DNA of 64,000 bases from Tubiluchus corallicola. Taxonomy: Eukaryota; Animalia; Priapulida. Below are positions 11,801 to 28,412 of this stretch, one piece after another. The DNA lies in NCBI GenBank assembly GCA_030141605.1, contig JAQGDQ010000038.1:496001-560000 (forward strand), given 5' to 3'. Made by a program: the position numbers and the translations under genes. The notes below the pieces were generated by a model. It searched no databases. It was not told the origin of the DNA and saw only the letters and a program-made list of their open reading frames with translations. The first letter of the stretch is position 1, and each line of letters begins with the position of its first letter.

Positions 11801-14078
11801 CATTTTTTATAGTGACTCGAATATGCTTGTCATATTCATTGACCTGAAAAAGATATAAGTGAAAACAATTTTGTTGCAGTTTGTTCATGTGATGACCTAA
11901 AAACGAGGTAAATTGACTGGACTAACCTGTTTATGAATAATATGTTCAATCAGTGAACAGCATTTTATCATTACTAGTGTATTTGATGTTACACGATGTA
12001 TTGCACGCGTTTTGCATAACATAACTAGTCTTCTCATAAGATCTTCTTGAAAGAGGATAGGATTTTTGAGCTAGCCTCAAATTTTACATAAATTTCAATT
12101 GTGGCTAGAATTTTCAAACATCTACAGCATTACTATAGTTACTAATCCTGCCAGTGTGTTTCTTGTCTCAACTTGTATTTGTATTCTTGTATTTGCTGTT
12201 TCTCTTAGGTTTTATGAATAATATTTGTATTCCACTTACTCTCTGTAGGTATTTAACAGAGTTGTGAGGCAGAAGGTGCAAGCTGAGAAAAAAATATCCA
12301 CTCTGGAAACAAAATACCAAGAACTGCTCATGACTAACTTAAATCGTGAAAATGAACTCTTGGCTCAAATTAAAACACTCCAATCACAAGTAAGCGAAAA
12401 ATTACAATCTAGTGCATTTAAATTGCTATATTTTTAACTTATTTAAATTCTTAGTCAGCAGACAATAGTGCATCATGAAATGAATTACTCTAATACAGGT
12501 AGACTCTATATCCAGTAGATTTTTTTCTAATCTCAGGTTTTAGCTATTGAAGAATTCAACAAGGAAGTGTTATTTTATTTTCAAATAAGATTATTTGTTA
12601 AAGTACTGAAACTACAATTCAGTGTTGGGCTATAAATTTTCTTTTAATATGCATGTGTTCACAAAAAACTGCTAATTTTAGGTTTCCTTGCATGAAACTT
12701 GTTTAAACTGCTAGGCAACAGCTAGAAAACACAGTACTGGAATGTGTTTACCAGTCAGAATTTTCTTTTCAACAGCTAGGATAAGAGCACTGCTTATATA
12801 GTAAGAAGAAACATTTTCCAGTGTGGCAGCCATATAGTGTTGGATGGATGCACATTGTCTAATCATTTGTGATTAACTCTGCTTATTGACTGCATACATT
12901 GCATACATTTGTCACTTTACAGCCTACAGTATTGAGACAATTTTGTGTAACTGAATTTTCAAATGCTTCACGTGTACAATATGTGTGGTATGGTGTGGTG
13001 TGAGTGGTGTTGTGTGATTTGATGAGTGGGGTCGTGTGGTGTATTGTGGATTTAGTTGTGAAGATGGTATGGTGTAGTTGTTGTTGTGTGTTTATTTGCA
13101 CTCTTTTGTGGGGTTTCATTCGAATGGAATTAAGTCTTGCGTGACATATAATTCTTATTCAGTACATTAAATATCGAACAGAGCTGATGGTCAATAATTT
13201 AAGTTACTAGTAGCTGAATTGTGTCGCTTTCTTTATTGTTTGTTTTGTAGGTAGAAACATGGGCAAATAACATTAAATTCATTTCAATAATTTGAATTGT
13301 GTTTGATTTTCGATTTTACTCTGTTTTATTATTTTGACAGCTTACAAGAAAAACTGAAGAAATCGAAAGACGCCAGCAGAGGGAAATTGCTTTACAAAGC
13401 CAATTACATCAATCTGTAGATGTTCGTCTTCAGACAGTAATGAAAAAACTCCAGCAAGATCATGCAGAGTTTCTGAAAACACAGGTTGCAAAGCTTGAGC
13501 GTGACATCTCACAACATCATCAGATAAAGTCACACGAACAGGTCCATCCAGCTCAACATGGTGAAGTACTGAATACAGTCCTTACTTCTAATTCTGTTAA
13601 ATCAATTACCTCTGTCCAGTCTGACTCTGAAAAAGAGTCTCATGATCATGATAGTGAAGTGTTGGTTAAACAAATAATAACTGACAAAGATAAACCTGGT
13701 TCTGATGATGAAAAACAATCTGACTGCGACAAAGAATCTCTTGCAGATTCTAATAAAGTAGTGCTTAAACCAATAACAGTTGACAAAGGAATTACTCCAC
13801 CTCCTAGTAGTGACAAAAAAGATCTTGTGTTAACACCACTTGTTAATCAAGCTAAGCCACCAAACGCTACTGTTGTGAAAATTGCTGACCGATTGTTTTT
13901 GGGAAAATTTGTTTCTGGCAAACTTGTGGAAAAGGTACCTAACGTTCACGTAGTGAAAGTAAGAACTTCTGAAGTAGAACAATTAAAACAAGATGGGGCT
14001 GAAAATGAAAAGAGAAAATTAGAAGAGGAACCTTCAAGTGATGACACAAAGAATAAAAGTGCTAAGTTGTCAGAATGA
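5831..14078 (+). CDS. Uncharacterised protein (~527 aa): N-terminal tandem C2-H-x-H-C2H2 zinc fingers, acidic linker, coiled coil, disordered C-terminus with a putative NLS
   Basis: Phase-consistent exons 5831-5842 (MAFI), 8261-8453, 9447-9637, 10446-10503 (3' boundary uncertain), 11017-11267, 12249-12389 and 13341-14078. Motifs CIDPNC..HLHCPFC..HYRVKH and CCREC..HWHCYRC..HYKTH. Heptad-rich KVQAEKKISTLETKYQELL...; C-terminal KRKL...KSAK. Confidence 0.8.
6690..7195 (+). mobile_element. Decayed LINE (CR1/L2 clade) reverse-transcriptase fragment
   Basis: Frameshifted or stop-interrupted RT motifs: LP.SW..ANVT.L, RPIS, NLL..V..W, DIIYFDF.K.FD.IP...LL.KL. Confidence 0.75.
12980..13095. repeat. 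GT-rich low-complexity tract (TGTGG-like)
   Basis: atgtgtggtatggtgtggtgtgagtggtgttgtgtg... lies inside a zinc-finger gene intron. Confidence 0.6.
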
Positions 14079-14348
14079 GTGCAAACTGAATTATTAGTTG
14101 TATGTGAAGAACCCTGCATAATTGTACAGCAATGTAAATAACTCGTATGCTTCTTCATAAGTATTGTCAGTGTGGTGGTTCGTCTTCCAGCGATATCAGC
14201 AACTAACAATGATTGAGCAAAAGCGCAGATAGACTGAATTGCCTATGTGATTTCAACCATGGAATTATAGTTTACGAAAGGTTGAAGACACATGCTAGAG
14301 AGTGTTATGTTTTTCTTACTTTTGAACCAGCTGTTGCACAATGTTAGA

Positions 14349-15514
14349 AAGTAGGCGCCGCTCAATAGCACTCACTTGGGGACCGACGTCTTTTGATCCT
14401 ATTAACTGACTGAACCTATTAACCGATGGGTGTTGTATTACAGGTATAGAAGTATGAGTCATCACCTTACTATGTACTGCAAACGTTTTTAATTAATTTT
14501 AGAAACGAAGTAATGCCTAAATTCCTTTGTGCAATTAAAAATTAGAAAAAATATTTTAAAATATTAAGTTATATAAGCTCAATAGGACTCACTTCGGGGC
14601 CGACGTGTTTTGATCCTATTAACTGACTGAACCTATTAACCGATGGGTGTTGTATTACAGATATAGAAGTATGAGTCATCACCTTACTATGTACTGCAAA
14701 CGTTTTTTAATTAATTTTAGAAACGAAGTAATGCCTAAATTCCTTTGTGCAATTAAAAATTAGAAAAAATATTTTAAAATATTAAGTTATATAAGTGAAT
14801 TAGCAATAAATTAAAAAGTATACTTTTCGAAATCACACAAGTCTGTTTATTTGCAAAAGTTAAAATTTCTTCAAAGTCAGTTGCTTTATTTTCTCGCGAA
14901 GAAGTTGGCCCACAAACTTCTCGTAATTACAAAAACGTTGGAAATCTGTTGTTGTGTGTGACTATAACAGTTTTGAATTGTCTGCTCACTTACATTGCCT
15001 GTATTTGCTGAACAATGTTTATGTAAGTCACAAGGAATACCTGCTGATTACTGTACCTGCATCTTTGACTGTTAACTCATTAAACTTGAAAGCGTGATTT
15101 GCAACGAGAACATCAAAAGGAAACCGCCAGGCAAGTGATTAAATGTTTAGCTTCCAGAAATTCTTTGGTGAGCGGGTAACAGATTCAAAACAAAACCGCT
15201 ACGCTAGCGTATTAGTGCATGATAAACGTACGTGCTTGTAAACAAAACGGTACTTAACATGATTGTTTCTGCATACATAGTGCACAAAAGGGAAATAAAG
15301 ATGACGTAAACGTAGGAAAGACTCTTTTGGCACATGCAAATATCTTATTTTAAGTAGGTGAAGGAAAAATATTGAGTCAATTATTCGGAGTTATTTGAGT
15401 CAATTACTGATAGTTTTTATGAATATTTGAATAGAAGCGACCCGTTCCAGGAATTTTTGGGTCAGTTAAGCAATTGAGTCTATTAACCGTGAGTCTATTA
15501 AGCGGCGCTAACTG
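14349..15514. mobile_element. pogo/Tigger-like non-autonomous TIR element with an internal ~217-bp tandem duplication
   Basis: Left end aagtaggcgccgctcaatagcactcac versus rc of right end cagttagcgccgcttaatagactcac. Subterminal ctattaac repeats are present. 14361-14577 is repeated at 14578-14795. The TA target-site duplication is not preserved. Confidence 0.7.
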
Positions 15515-17493
15515 TTTTATCAAGTGCAGTCAGTTGTGACAACGATTGCTATAATTTTGTGGTTTGTACAATGATGTGCTGTATTATAACTGCACGTACT
15601 TCACGAGGATATGTACATATTCATGATGCATCTTCCATTGCTCCACCAAACACAATTTCAGCTTATTAAACATGGAGTAGAGGCTTATTAAACATCGGTG
15701 ATAAGAGGCTACCTGTTACACTTTATTTGCTTAACGTAGTCAGGAATTTTTATACATTATATATTAGTTTCAGGTTTTAAATATTATAATTACTTTTGCT
15801 TGTTGTGAATTTCCTTATGTTCATAAACTAGTTTTTATATTATTTAATTTAGAAATGTTTCCTTGGACATGTGAATTTAACATGTTTTATGAGGAAACAT
15901 TGATAAAGCTGCTAACAGTAAGCTAGTACAAAGAACAATAGTGACATTATAAACTTGAGCAATGCATATGTGAATTGATGTGCAACACCTTTGTAGTATA
16001 AAAAAAGGAAGTGTAGATCCTGGTGGCAAACCAAATGTAATGGTGCATATTAGTGTGTGTCTAAATCCAACTTCAATACATTCTAGTGTTCGCTAAAGTG
16101 TGCCTCCAGGAAAGACCTGAAGGACACTGCTGAATGTTCTTGTACAACACTTTGACAAGGCATTCCACTCAATGATAGTATTCGAGAATTTTGTAGCATT
16201 CAATACTGCAATCCACTGGTACTAGGTTGTGCGCTTGTCTTGAGCTTTTACTTCCCAAGTACCGTTCATCAAATATCTTGCCCTTCTGTAGGACAATGTA
16301 TGGGCAGTAGATTCCAACAGTCCAATAGACTTTTCTTCTAACTATATAAATGAATATTTGGTAGAAGTAGTAGCTGAAGTACAAGATAAGAAGATTCTGA
16401 AAGTACAAACAGGTAGCTGATTAAGCAAAACAAGCAAATCAGTATAGAGGATGATAAGAAGGAACTTTGCAGCATCCCGAAAGAGAGAGTGACAATTAAG
16501 ATGAACCAAGAACCAAATACCACTGATCAGTATTCAATAGAGAAGATTGTGAGACATTTTTCCAAACTATAGTTTGTACCAAAATGCTTGTCAAATGTTT
16601 TCAGTACAAAAATCGTCATTATTGTAATTATTTATTAAAAATTTTGCTTTTCAGATGCCACTGTTTGTGTGTTATATTTTCCTCTTTGACTGTATTTTTT
16701 GGTTTGGATAATTATTTATAATTTCCTTTGATTTTTGTTTTATGCTTATGCATGTTTTTAATTGATCTGTAATACAACTGTACCTTTCTCAAATTTTTGT
16801 TTTTAGATTCACTACAATATAAAGTCATATACCATACATGTAACTCTATTGCTAGCCCAACAACCTTAACAAATAGTTAGTCAAAATTTACTTATTTGGT
16901 ATCTTGCTGTTTGTTAACCATTGAATTACTGAAGACTTTTTGGTTTTCAATATATTTGTGCTGATGTGAAATAAACAATCGCGAATCTTGGTTTATGAAC
17001 TATTGAATTTTACTCTTTCGCCACCCTTCCCTTGAGCTAATTGTAATGTAGTATTTATAAAAGAGAAAATAAAATAAACCTGAAATTTACAATTTAGATA
17101 CGCGCAAAGATTTAAATACGTGCTAAAATAAATTATAATGTATAAAGTCGTTATAAGTTTTGTAGTTAAAGTGCAAGCGCCACAAAAAATTGCTTAGAGA
17201 TTGAGTGTATGATATAACTCAATTTTGGGTTCCTTACACAGCGGCTACCAAAATTAAAGCTATAACAATAGACAAAATGATAAGGGTCGCTGCAAAGGTG
17301 TGTTAAACCCTTAAAGGAGAGAAATCTGTCGTGGACTCGTAGAAAATCAGCGCACAATTAAAATGAAGTGATTTACAATCAATAGATGGCAGAAGGATCG
17401 CCCCACTTCAATGTGGAAATGTTGTAGAATTTTGTCATGTTTTTGGTTGTTGTTATTCGCCAGTTGCATTTTACTCCGAGAATTTTTAACGTT

Positions 17494-20385
17494 ATGGCTA
17501 TTTCTGCAGAAGCGATCAAAAAGAAATTAGCCAAAGAATTTGAGCCAGTCTTTGTTGTATGTATTAATACATAATTGTTTTGTTTTATAAACACTACATT
17601 ACTGAGTTATCGATGCCTGGCTTTACTGAATCTAGTTCGACAGTTAGACGCAAGGATGCTAGATGCAAGAATTCCAAAACGAAGGATGTACAATCTCGCA
17701 AAAACGTATTTAAATAAATGGCAGCTGTTGTTTGTAATGCAGCCATTTATGAAAACATTGCTGTATTGTTTATGTGGGCCTTCGGTCTTCATTCTTCAAT
17801 CGATCATTCCATAAGCTCGAAACAGCTAAACTGGTCGGGGATATAAGATAGGCCGACTTTTAAGACAGCGAACACTGAGTAAGCCATTGCAGCTGTGGTA
17901 ACAGTTGAAAGCAGTGCTTAATTCATGACAAAAACTACGATTACAAAAATACAAAGACAAAATACATATAAAAACTGCAAATATAATTGCATAACATTGC
18001 AAAAATACTAGTTAGTACAAGTATTATAATAAAAATATTATTGTACTGACAAATTAGAAAAATTGACATACATATACACAATTCAATTCATTTGGCACCA
18101 ACGTGTCCTATAAAATACTGATTAAATTTGTTTGACTTAACCCTTAAATATCCTATTTAAATTTAATAAGAAATTATGTGCAAACTACAGAGAACTGATT
18201 AAAACACATTTGTAATCTAAAATGACTAAAATGATGACTAACGCCTAAGCAGCAATTTATAAAAAAAATAATTAAATCTGTTTAACTTAACTCTTAAGAT
18301 AAACTATTACTTATTTAATTAGCCTACTTAAATTTAATAAGAAATTATGTGCAAGCTACAAAGAACTAATTAAAATATGTAATTTAAATAATTAAAAATT
18401 ATCACAACACAAGATTTATCCAGCACTCACATAGTAATAGTGATATCACAGTTTACCAACAAGATATAACTACCTTTTTTATCACATTTCATTTACGTAG
18501 TTTCCAAAGTGAATAAGGTCTTTTGAATTTGTATTTAGAAAAAGTCACATTACTGAGTATATATTACTTTTTTGAAAAGATATGTTACATATTTTATGCT
18601 TATATTTTGTCTAATATCTTTGTAAAAAGGACAAATAAAAAGGTAATGTAATTCATTATCTACTAATTTTGATCTATTTGAACTGGAGTTTTTTTAGCTT
18701 CAAACCAACCAATAATTTGTACAATTTACCTAGTAACTACAGTTTGCAAAGTACTATACCGGCATAATAGTGATGAGACGAGCTGTTCGAATCGATGAAT
18801 CGAGTTGAACTGCTAAACCACTTGGTTCGATTTCACCCACCACAGCTAGCACATCGCTTTGACTCGCATCCTCTTATGAGGTCCGACAGACCTGGTTTGT
18901 TAGCTAGCATAGTACTTTTTTGTTAGAATAAGCTAAGCTCACCAAGGAAGATATTACTCAATCCTCAGCGATATGTACTTAAAAAATTAAAGATCACATT
19001 AAATACCTTAAATTACTTGTGGCAGCAATAATCAACAGTAAATGTGTCAACACATCAAAGTAAATGTGCCAACACAAAAAGATGCAAAAATGCAACTTTG
19101 AAAAAGACTTGCTGCGTGTCTTCAGTACAGTCATATTATGTGGCTACATTCAACATTCTGCCTTTTAGATTTGTGGATAGCGAATTTTTCTTTTATAAGA
19201 TTAAATTATAGGGCCAAGACCAAAAAGTAAAAATCCTCTTCCTAAATCACGTATATTTTTTCAAACAGTGTTCGGTTCTATCCGATTCGGTGCTGCTTCT
19301 AGTTCACCTCTTTTCTGCTTGACCAGTAATTTTTTTATTTCTTCCTTTCATCCGGTTGGACTCGATTTTGAAAATATCCATCACTGAATATATATCATTT
19401 TTTGCAGTTATTGTAAAGTTCTTTGGTACCTACAAAAATCTGCATCTATAAGATGTTTCTGCAAAATCTCTTCTATAATTATACTTTCGTGTTTTTTTTT
19501 CAAAAAAAATACGCACTTGTCGGTGTCAGACTAAGGAAATAAGTCACGTGCTAAACTACTGTACCGGTATCTCGTGAAAATCACATGGACCCTTCATACA
19601 TTATAGATGCTGCTACTTTCTAATCAAATAAGTGGGATATTTGAAATTAGCACCTATTCTTAGGCACATTCAACATTCGGACTGTAAGGAAATTAAAATT
19701 ACTTCTATGACATGTTCTGAATTGACCTGGAGAATATCAATTTTTATGATATAGAACAACAAATAACATCTTTCTAGGATGTAGAGGACACTTCCCCTGG
19801 TGGCAGTTGTGGATCAGCATTCGAAGTTGTTGTTGTTTCCGAGAAGTTTGCTGGGAAATCGTTACTTCAGAGGCATCGGTAAACTATGCACACTAGCCAT
19901 TGGCTAGACATTTAGAACTGTAAATACAGTTTCCCATTTAGTTCTCAGTTATTCTCCAGATAGTTAATGATTTCTCTCTGTTAAAAATGCTTTGTTTAGT
20001 GTATGTTTGTAATGTGGGATCCAAAGCTTATGGAATATTTGTAACTGCACAATTACTTTTTGTATAAAATTACAATGCATAACTGTTGTGCCTACAATCT
20101 TCAGTCAAAACTGCTTAAGATAATACTAAAGTTTTAAAATTCTAAAATGGTAAAACAGGAAGTTTTTGAACGATCTTCTAACCTTGTATAATTTTAAATT
20201 AAAACTAATAGTGTATGATTTCACTTCCACTGGTTTATTTTAATTTTACCATGTAACGTTCGTATATGATTAGTGTTGTTTTTTGCAGTATGGTAAATAG
20301 TACCCTGGCCGAAGAACTGAAGATAATCCATGCATTTTCCCAGAAAACCTACACTCCTGAACAGTGGAAAGACAAGTCACAGTGA
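17494..20385 (+). CDS. BOLA2: BolA-like protein 2 (86 aa)
   Basis: Exons 17494-17556, 19778-19878 and 20289-20385 give MAISAEAIKKKLAKEFEPVFV-DVEDTSPGGSCGSAFEVVVVSEKFAGKSLLQRHR-MVNSTLAEELKIIHAFSQKTYTPEQW. This has the BolA signature with the Fe-S ligand Cys and His. Confidence 0.93.
18117..18380. repeat. Imperfect duplicated AT-rich unit in BOLA2 intron 1
   Basis: attaaat.tgttt.acttaac.ctta...taaatttaataagaaattatgtgcaa.ctaca.agaact.attaaaa occurs twice. Confidence 0.6.
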
Positions 20386-20508
20386 GAAATAACTTTATCG
20401 CAGGCTTAGAAAGTATCTGTCCATTAGTGGTGACAGCCGTGACATGTTAGTACTAAGAATTTATGTAATAGTTTAGAACTTGTGTGTTTAGGTCGTATTG
20501 TATGGAAA

Positions 20509-21489
20509 ATGAATCCATTAACTAATGTCAAAAATATTAAAAAATTAAATGAAACAGAAATCAAACTCGGAATAACGGGCAAGACATCATGGCATGCAGA
20601 ATATAAAGATAGTGCATGGATTTTTATTGGTGGTTTGCCATATGATCTTACTGAAGGAGACATATTGTGTGTGTTTTCGCAGTATGGAGAAATTGTGAAC
20701 ATAAATTTAATCCGTGATGGAAAAACGGGAAAAAGTAAAGGGTATGCTTTTTTGTGTTATGAAGATCAGAGAAGCACAGTGCTAGCAGTTGACAATTTAA
20801 ATAGCATAAAATTGTTGGGTCGAGTGTTGAGGGTCGATCATGTGAAAGATTACAAACCGCCAAAAGAAAAAGATGATGAAGATGAAATTACTAAGCAGTT
20901 GCGTTTGCAAGGTTGTGCACCAGAGTTGACGGCAAATCCAACTATCAAAAGTGAAGCAGATGAGATTCTCAAAGTGAAGAAAGTCAAAAAAGAAAAAAAG
21001 AAGAAAAAGCACAAGAAAGAGAAAAAACAAAAAACAAAGTCATCTAGCAGAAGCGATTCAGAAAGTGATGAATTTGCAACTAAATATGCCTCAGAAGGTA
21101 ACAAATGTGCAAGATATAGTTCATCAGCAAGAATTAAAAACAAAAGGAGTGTTTCAAGCGAAAGGGAGGAGCAAATAAGAAAAGACGATAGTGCTAAACT
21201 GTCTAAAAAAGTAAGGGATGTTGTTATTTCTTCAAGTGAGCAAGCTTATGGAGAAAGAACAAAATCTTGCAGCAAACGCATGGAAACTGAACGCCACTAT
21301 AGCGACAACAGAGATAAGCATGAAAGAAAAAAGGGTGAAAATGCATGTAAATGGAGCGTTAATCGGAGTTCATTTGCAAGCCAAGAAGTACGCAGGACCG
21401 ATAAAAACAAAAGGGACATAGAAGACTATGGAAAAGAGAGGAGTTATTATAGAAGTAACGAAAGCACAAAATGGAAAAAACATAGTTAA
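20509..21489 (+). CDS. RBMX2: RNA-binding motif protein X-linked 2 (Snu17/IST3 homolog, RES complex), intronless, 326 aa
   Basis: Begins MNPLTNVKNIKKLNE.E..LG...K.SWH.EYKDSAWIFIGGLPYDLTEGD. The RRM has RNP1 KGYAFLCY and is followed by a Lys/Ser/Arg-rich tail. The true start is the Met at 20509, not the ORF-track start at 20482. AATAAA follows at 21491. Confidence 0.96.
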   Translation: MNPLTNVKNIKKLNETEIKLGITGKTSWHAEYKDSAWIFIGGLPYDLTEGDILCVFSQYGEIVNINLIRDGKTGKSKGYAFLCYEDQRSTVLAVDNLNSIKLLGRVLRVDHVKDYKPPKEKDDEDEITKQLRLQGCAPELTANPTIKSEADEILKVKKVKKEKKKKKHKKEKKQKTKSSSRSDSESDEFATKYASEGNKCARYSSSARIKNKRSVSSEREEQIRKDDSAKLSKKVRDVVISSSEQAYGERTKSCSKRMETERHYSDNRDKHERKKGENACKWSVNRSSFASQEVRRTDKNKRDIEDYGKERSYYRSNESTKWKKHS

Positions 21490-23037
21490 GAATAAAGTTC
21501 ATACTCGTGGAATAGTTCTATATTTATGCAGTTTGCCCTTGGTGCTGTGTAACACAGATTTTTTTATACCAATGAATGCTTCAATCAAGTTACACTGCCT
21601 ATGCAGGTGTGCCATTCTCATACGTGCAAAAATGATTACAGAATTTATAGTATATATGTATGTAAAATCAGAGACTTAAACACGTTGAAATTAATCACTC
21701 AGCATTTCATTCCCAAGCATGTCCATTTATGGTGTCTTACCATACATGTCCTCACCTGGACAGAATTGTGAAGAAAAATGTACATCCCCAAAAATTGCAT
21801 GTAAATGCTATTTTTTTCAGTAACAATTTTATTTTACAAACAAAAAATAACTGTTATTTTGTTTCATACATTAATGATTCATTAGCCAAAGGACTTCGCA
21901 AATGAAGTAGAGTAGTCACCACTTAATAAAACTATTTAGGCACGGTCCTGAATTACCTCTATAGAAACTATTGTTAGCGAAATTCAGTTAAAACCAGTGT
22001 GCCGTTTAATAATCTGTAACCACATTTTTCATCCTAGGTGACAAAAGCAATAGTAAAATGAAAAAATAAAATGTATTTCTGGTAGTTTGTCTATTTTAAC
22101 ATACACATTTGAAACAGTTAAGTCCTGTTTCATAGTCTCACATCTTATTTAAAGTTATACTGAAAGTTAAAATCGATTATTTCATCATAACTGCTCTGTA
22201 TGTACAGTTGCTAAAGTACATTTTACTCTGCATAGATAAACTTGAATCACTGTTCTACGTTGTATGAGCTAATCGTGGACTGACTGCCCCATAATTAATT
22301 GTCATATAGTATTAATGAGGGTAAAGCATTTTCGTGCTGCATGCTTTGCCAAATACACACGCTTGCAACAGATCACCCCATTATAATAACACTGCCATTT
22401 ATTAAGACCACTTATTGCTGGTGCTGTGGTGGTTTTAGTAAGCAACGACTACTGTATGTTATTCAAACAGCTGAGAACTTCAGCACATTCGGGTTGGCAT
22501 AAATTAAACTAACACCAGTGCAGACAATCTCACTTATAAAAAATGCATGGTTTATGCCAAGTTACCACTGTATGGAATTTCAAGTGTTTCCAGAATCTAT
22601 GCAAGGGAACATAAAATTGTTTAAAAAATGTCAAATAATGTTGTGTTAGATAGTATCACTGTTACTGCTTTCAAGGGTTTAGTCTAATAGAGTAGAAACG
22701 TATTAACAACATAAGTAATTTGTGCCATGGCCAAAAATCTTTATCACGGCCATTATAGACTGTAGCTCAAAAAACAATCATTACTGACCTTAATCACAAA
22801 TTGATGTAGCAGCACTGTAGCTAGCTAGTGATTTGTGCAATACTAGTTCTTTACCTACTTTTTACAGATATGTAACAGCTGACAAATTTCGTCTTGAGCA
22901 GTTTCTTAAAAGACTATCAGTCGTTCTTCATGCAGCAGATAATATGGGACTTTTCAAGTTTTATGTAATACTACACAAAAACGTTAATTCAGTGTCCAGT
23001 GAGATTTAAAGTATACAATAGATTGCGGTGCTGCCAT

Positions 23038-27839
<4,802 letters not shown>

Positions 27840-27842
27840 CTT

Positions 27843-28301
27843 NNNNNNNNNNNNNNNNNNNNNNNNNNNNNNNNNNNNNNNNNNNNNNNNNNNNNNNNNN
27901 NNNNNNNNNNNNNNNNNNNNNNNNNNNNNNNNNNNNNNNNNNNNNNNNNNNNNNNNNNNNNNNNNNNNNNNNNNNNNNNNNNNNNNNNNNNNNNNNNNNN
28001 NNNNNNNNNNNNNNNNNNNNNNNNNNNNNNNNNNNNNNNNNNNNNNNNNNNNNNNNNNNNNNNNNNNNNNNNNNNNNNNNNNNNNNNNNNNNNNNNNNNN
28101 NNNNNNNNNNNNNNNNNNNNNNNNNNNNNNNNNNNNNNNNNNNNNNNNNNNNNNNNNNNNNNNNNNNNNNNNNNNNNNNNNNNNNNNNNNNNNNNNNNNN
28201 NNNNNNNNNNNNNNNNNNNNNNNNNNNNNNNNNNNNNNNNNNNNNNNNNNNNNNNNNNNNNNNNNNNNNNNNNNNNNNNNNNNNNNNNNNNNNNNNNNNN
28301 N
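27843..28301. other. Assembly gap (459 N) covering the NDUFS8/DCTPP1 divergent promoter
   Basis: Run of N. Confidence 0.99.
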
Positions 28302-28412
28302 CTGTACTGCCAAACTGAGCGATTTTTCGCGAGACCCTTTCCCGCTAAATTGAACAGCTGATTGTGTTTACTGTTACACGTAGTATAGTTTTCTGAGTAG
28401 ATTGTGAAAATT

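Noticed and set aside
16169-16560. Possible coding or retroelement fragment between the zinc-finger gene and BOLA2
   Set aside because: All frames are interrupted and I could not identify a convincing motif.
20383-20511. BOLA2-RBMX2 fusion protein by stop readthrough or splicing
   Set aside because: An in-frame TAG lies 8 codons after the TGA, and neither BOLA2 donor joins the 20492 acceptor in the RBMX2 frame.
20424-21679. Several antisense or alternate-frame ORFs over RBMX2
   Set aside because: They are shadows of the purine-rich RBMX2 CDS and show no recognisable motifs.
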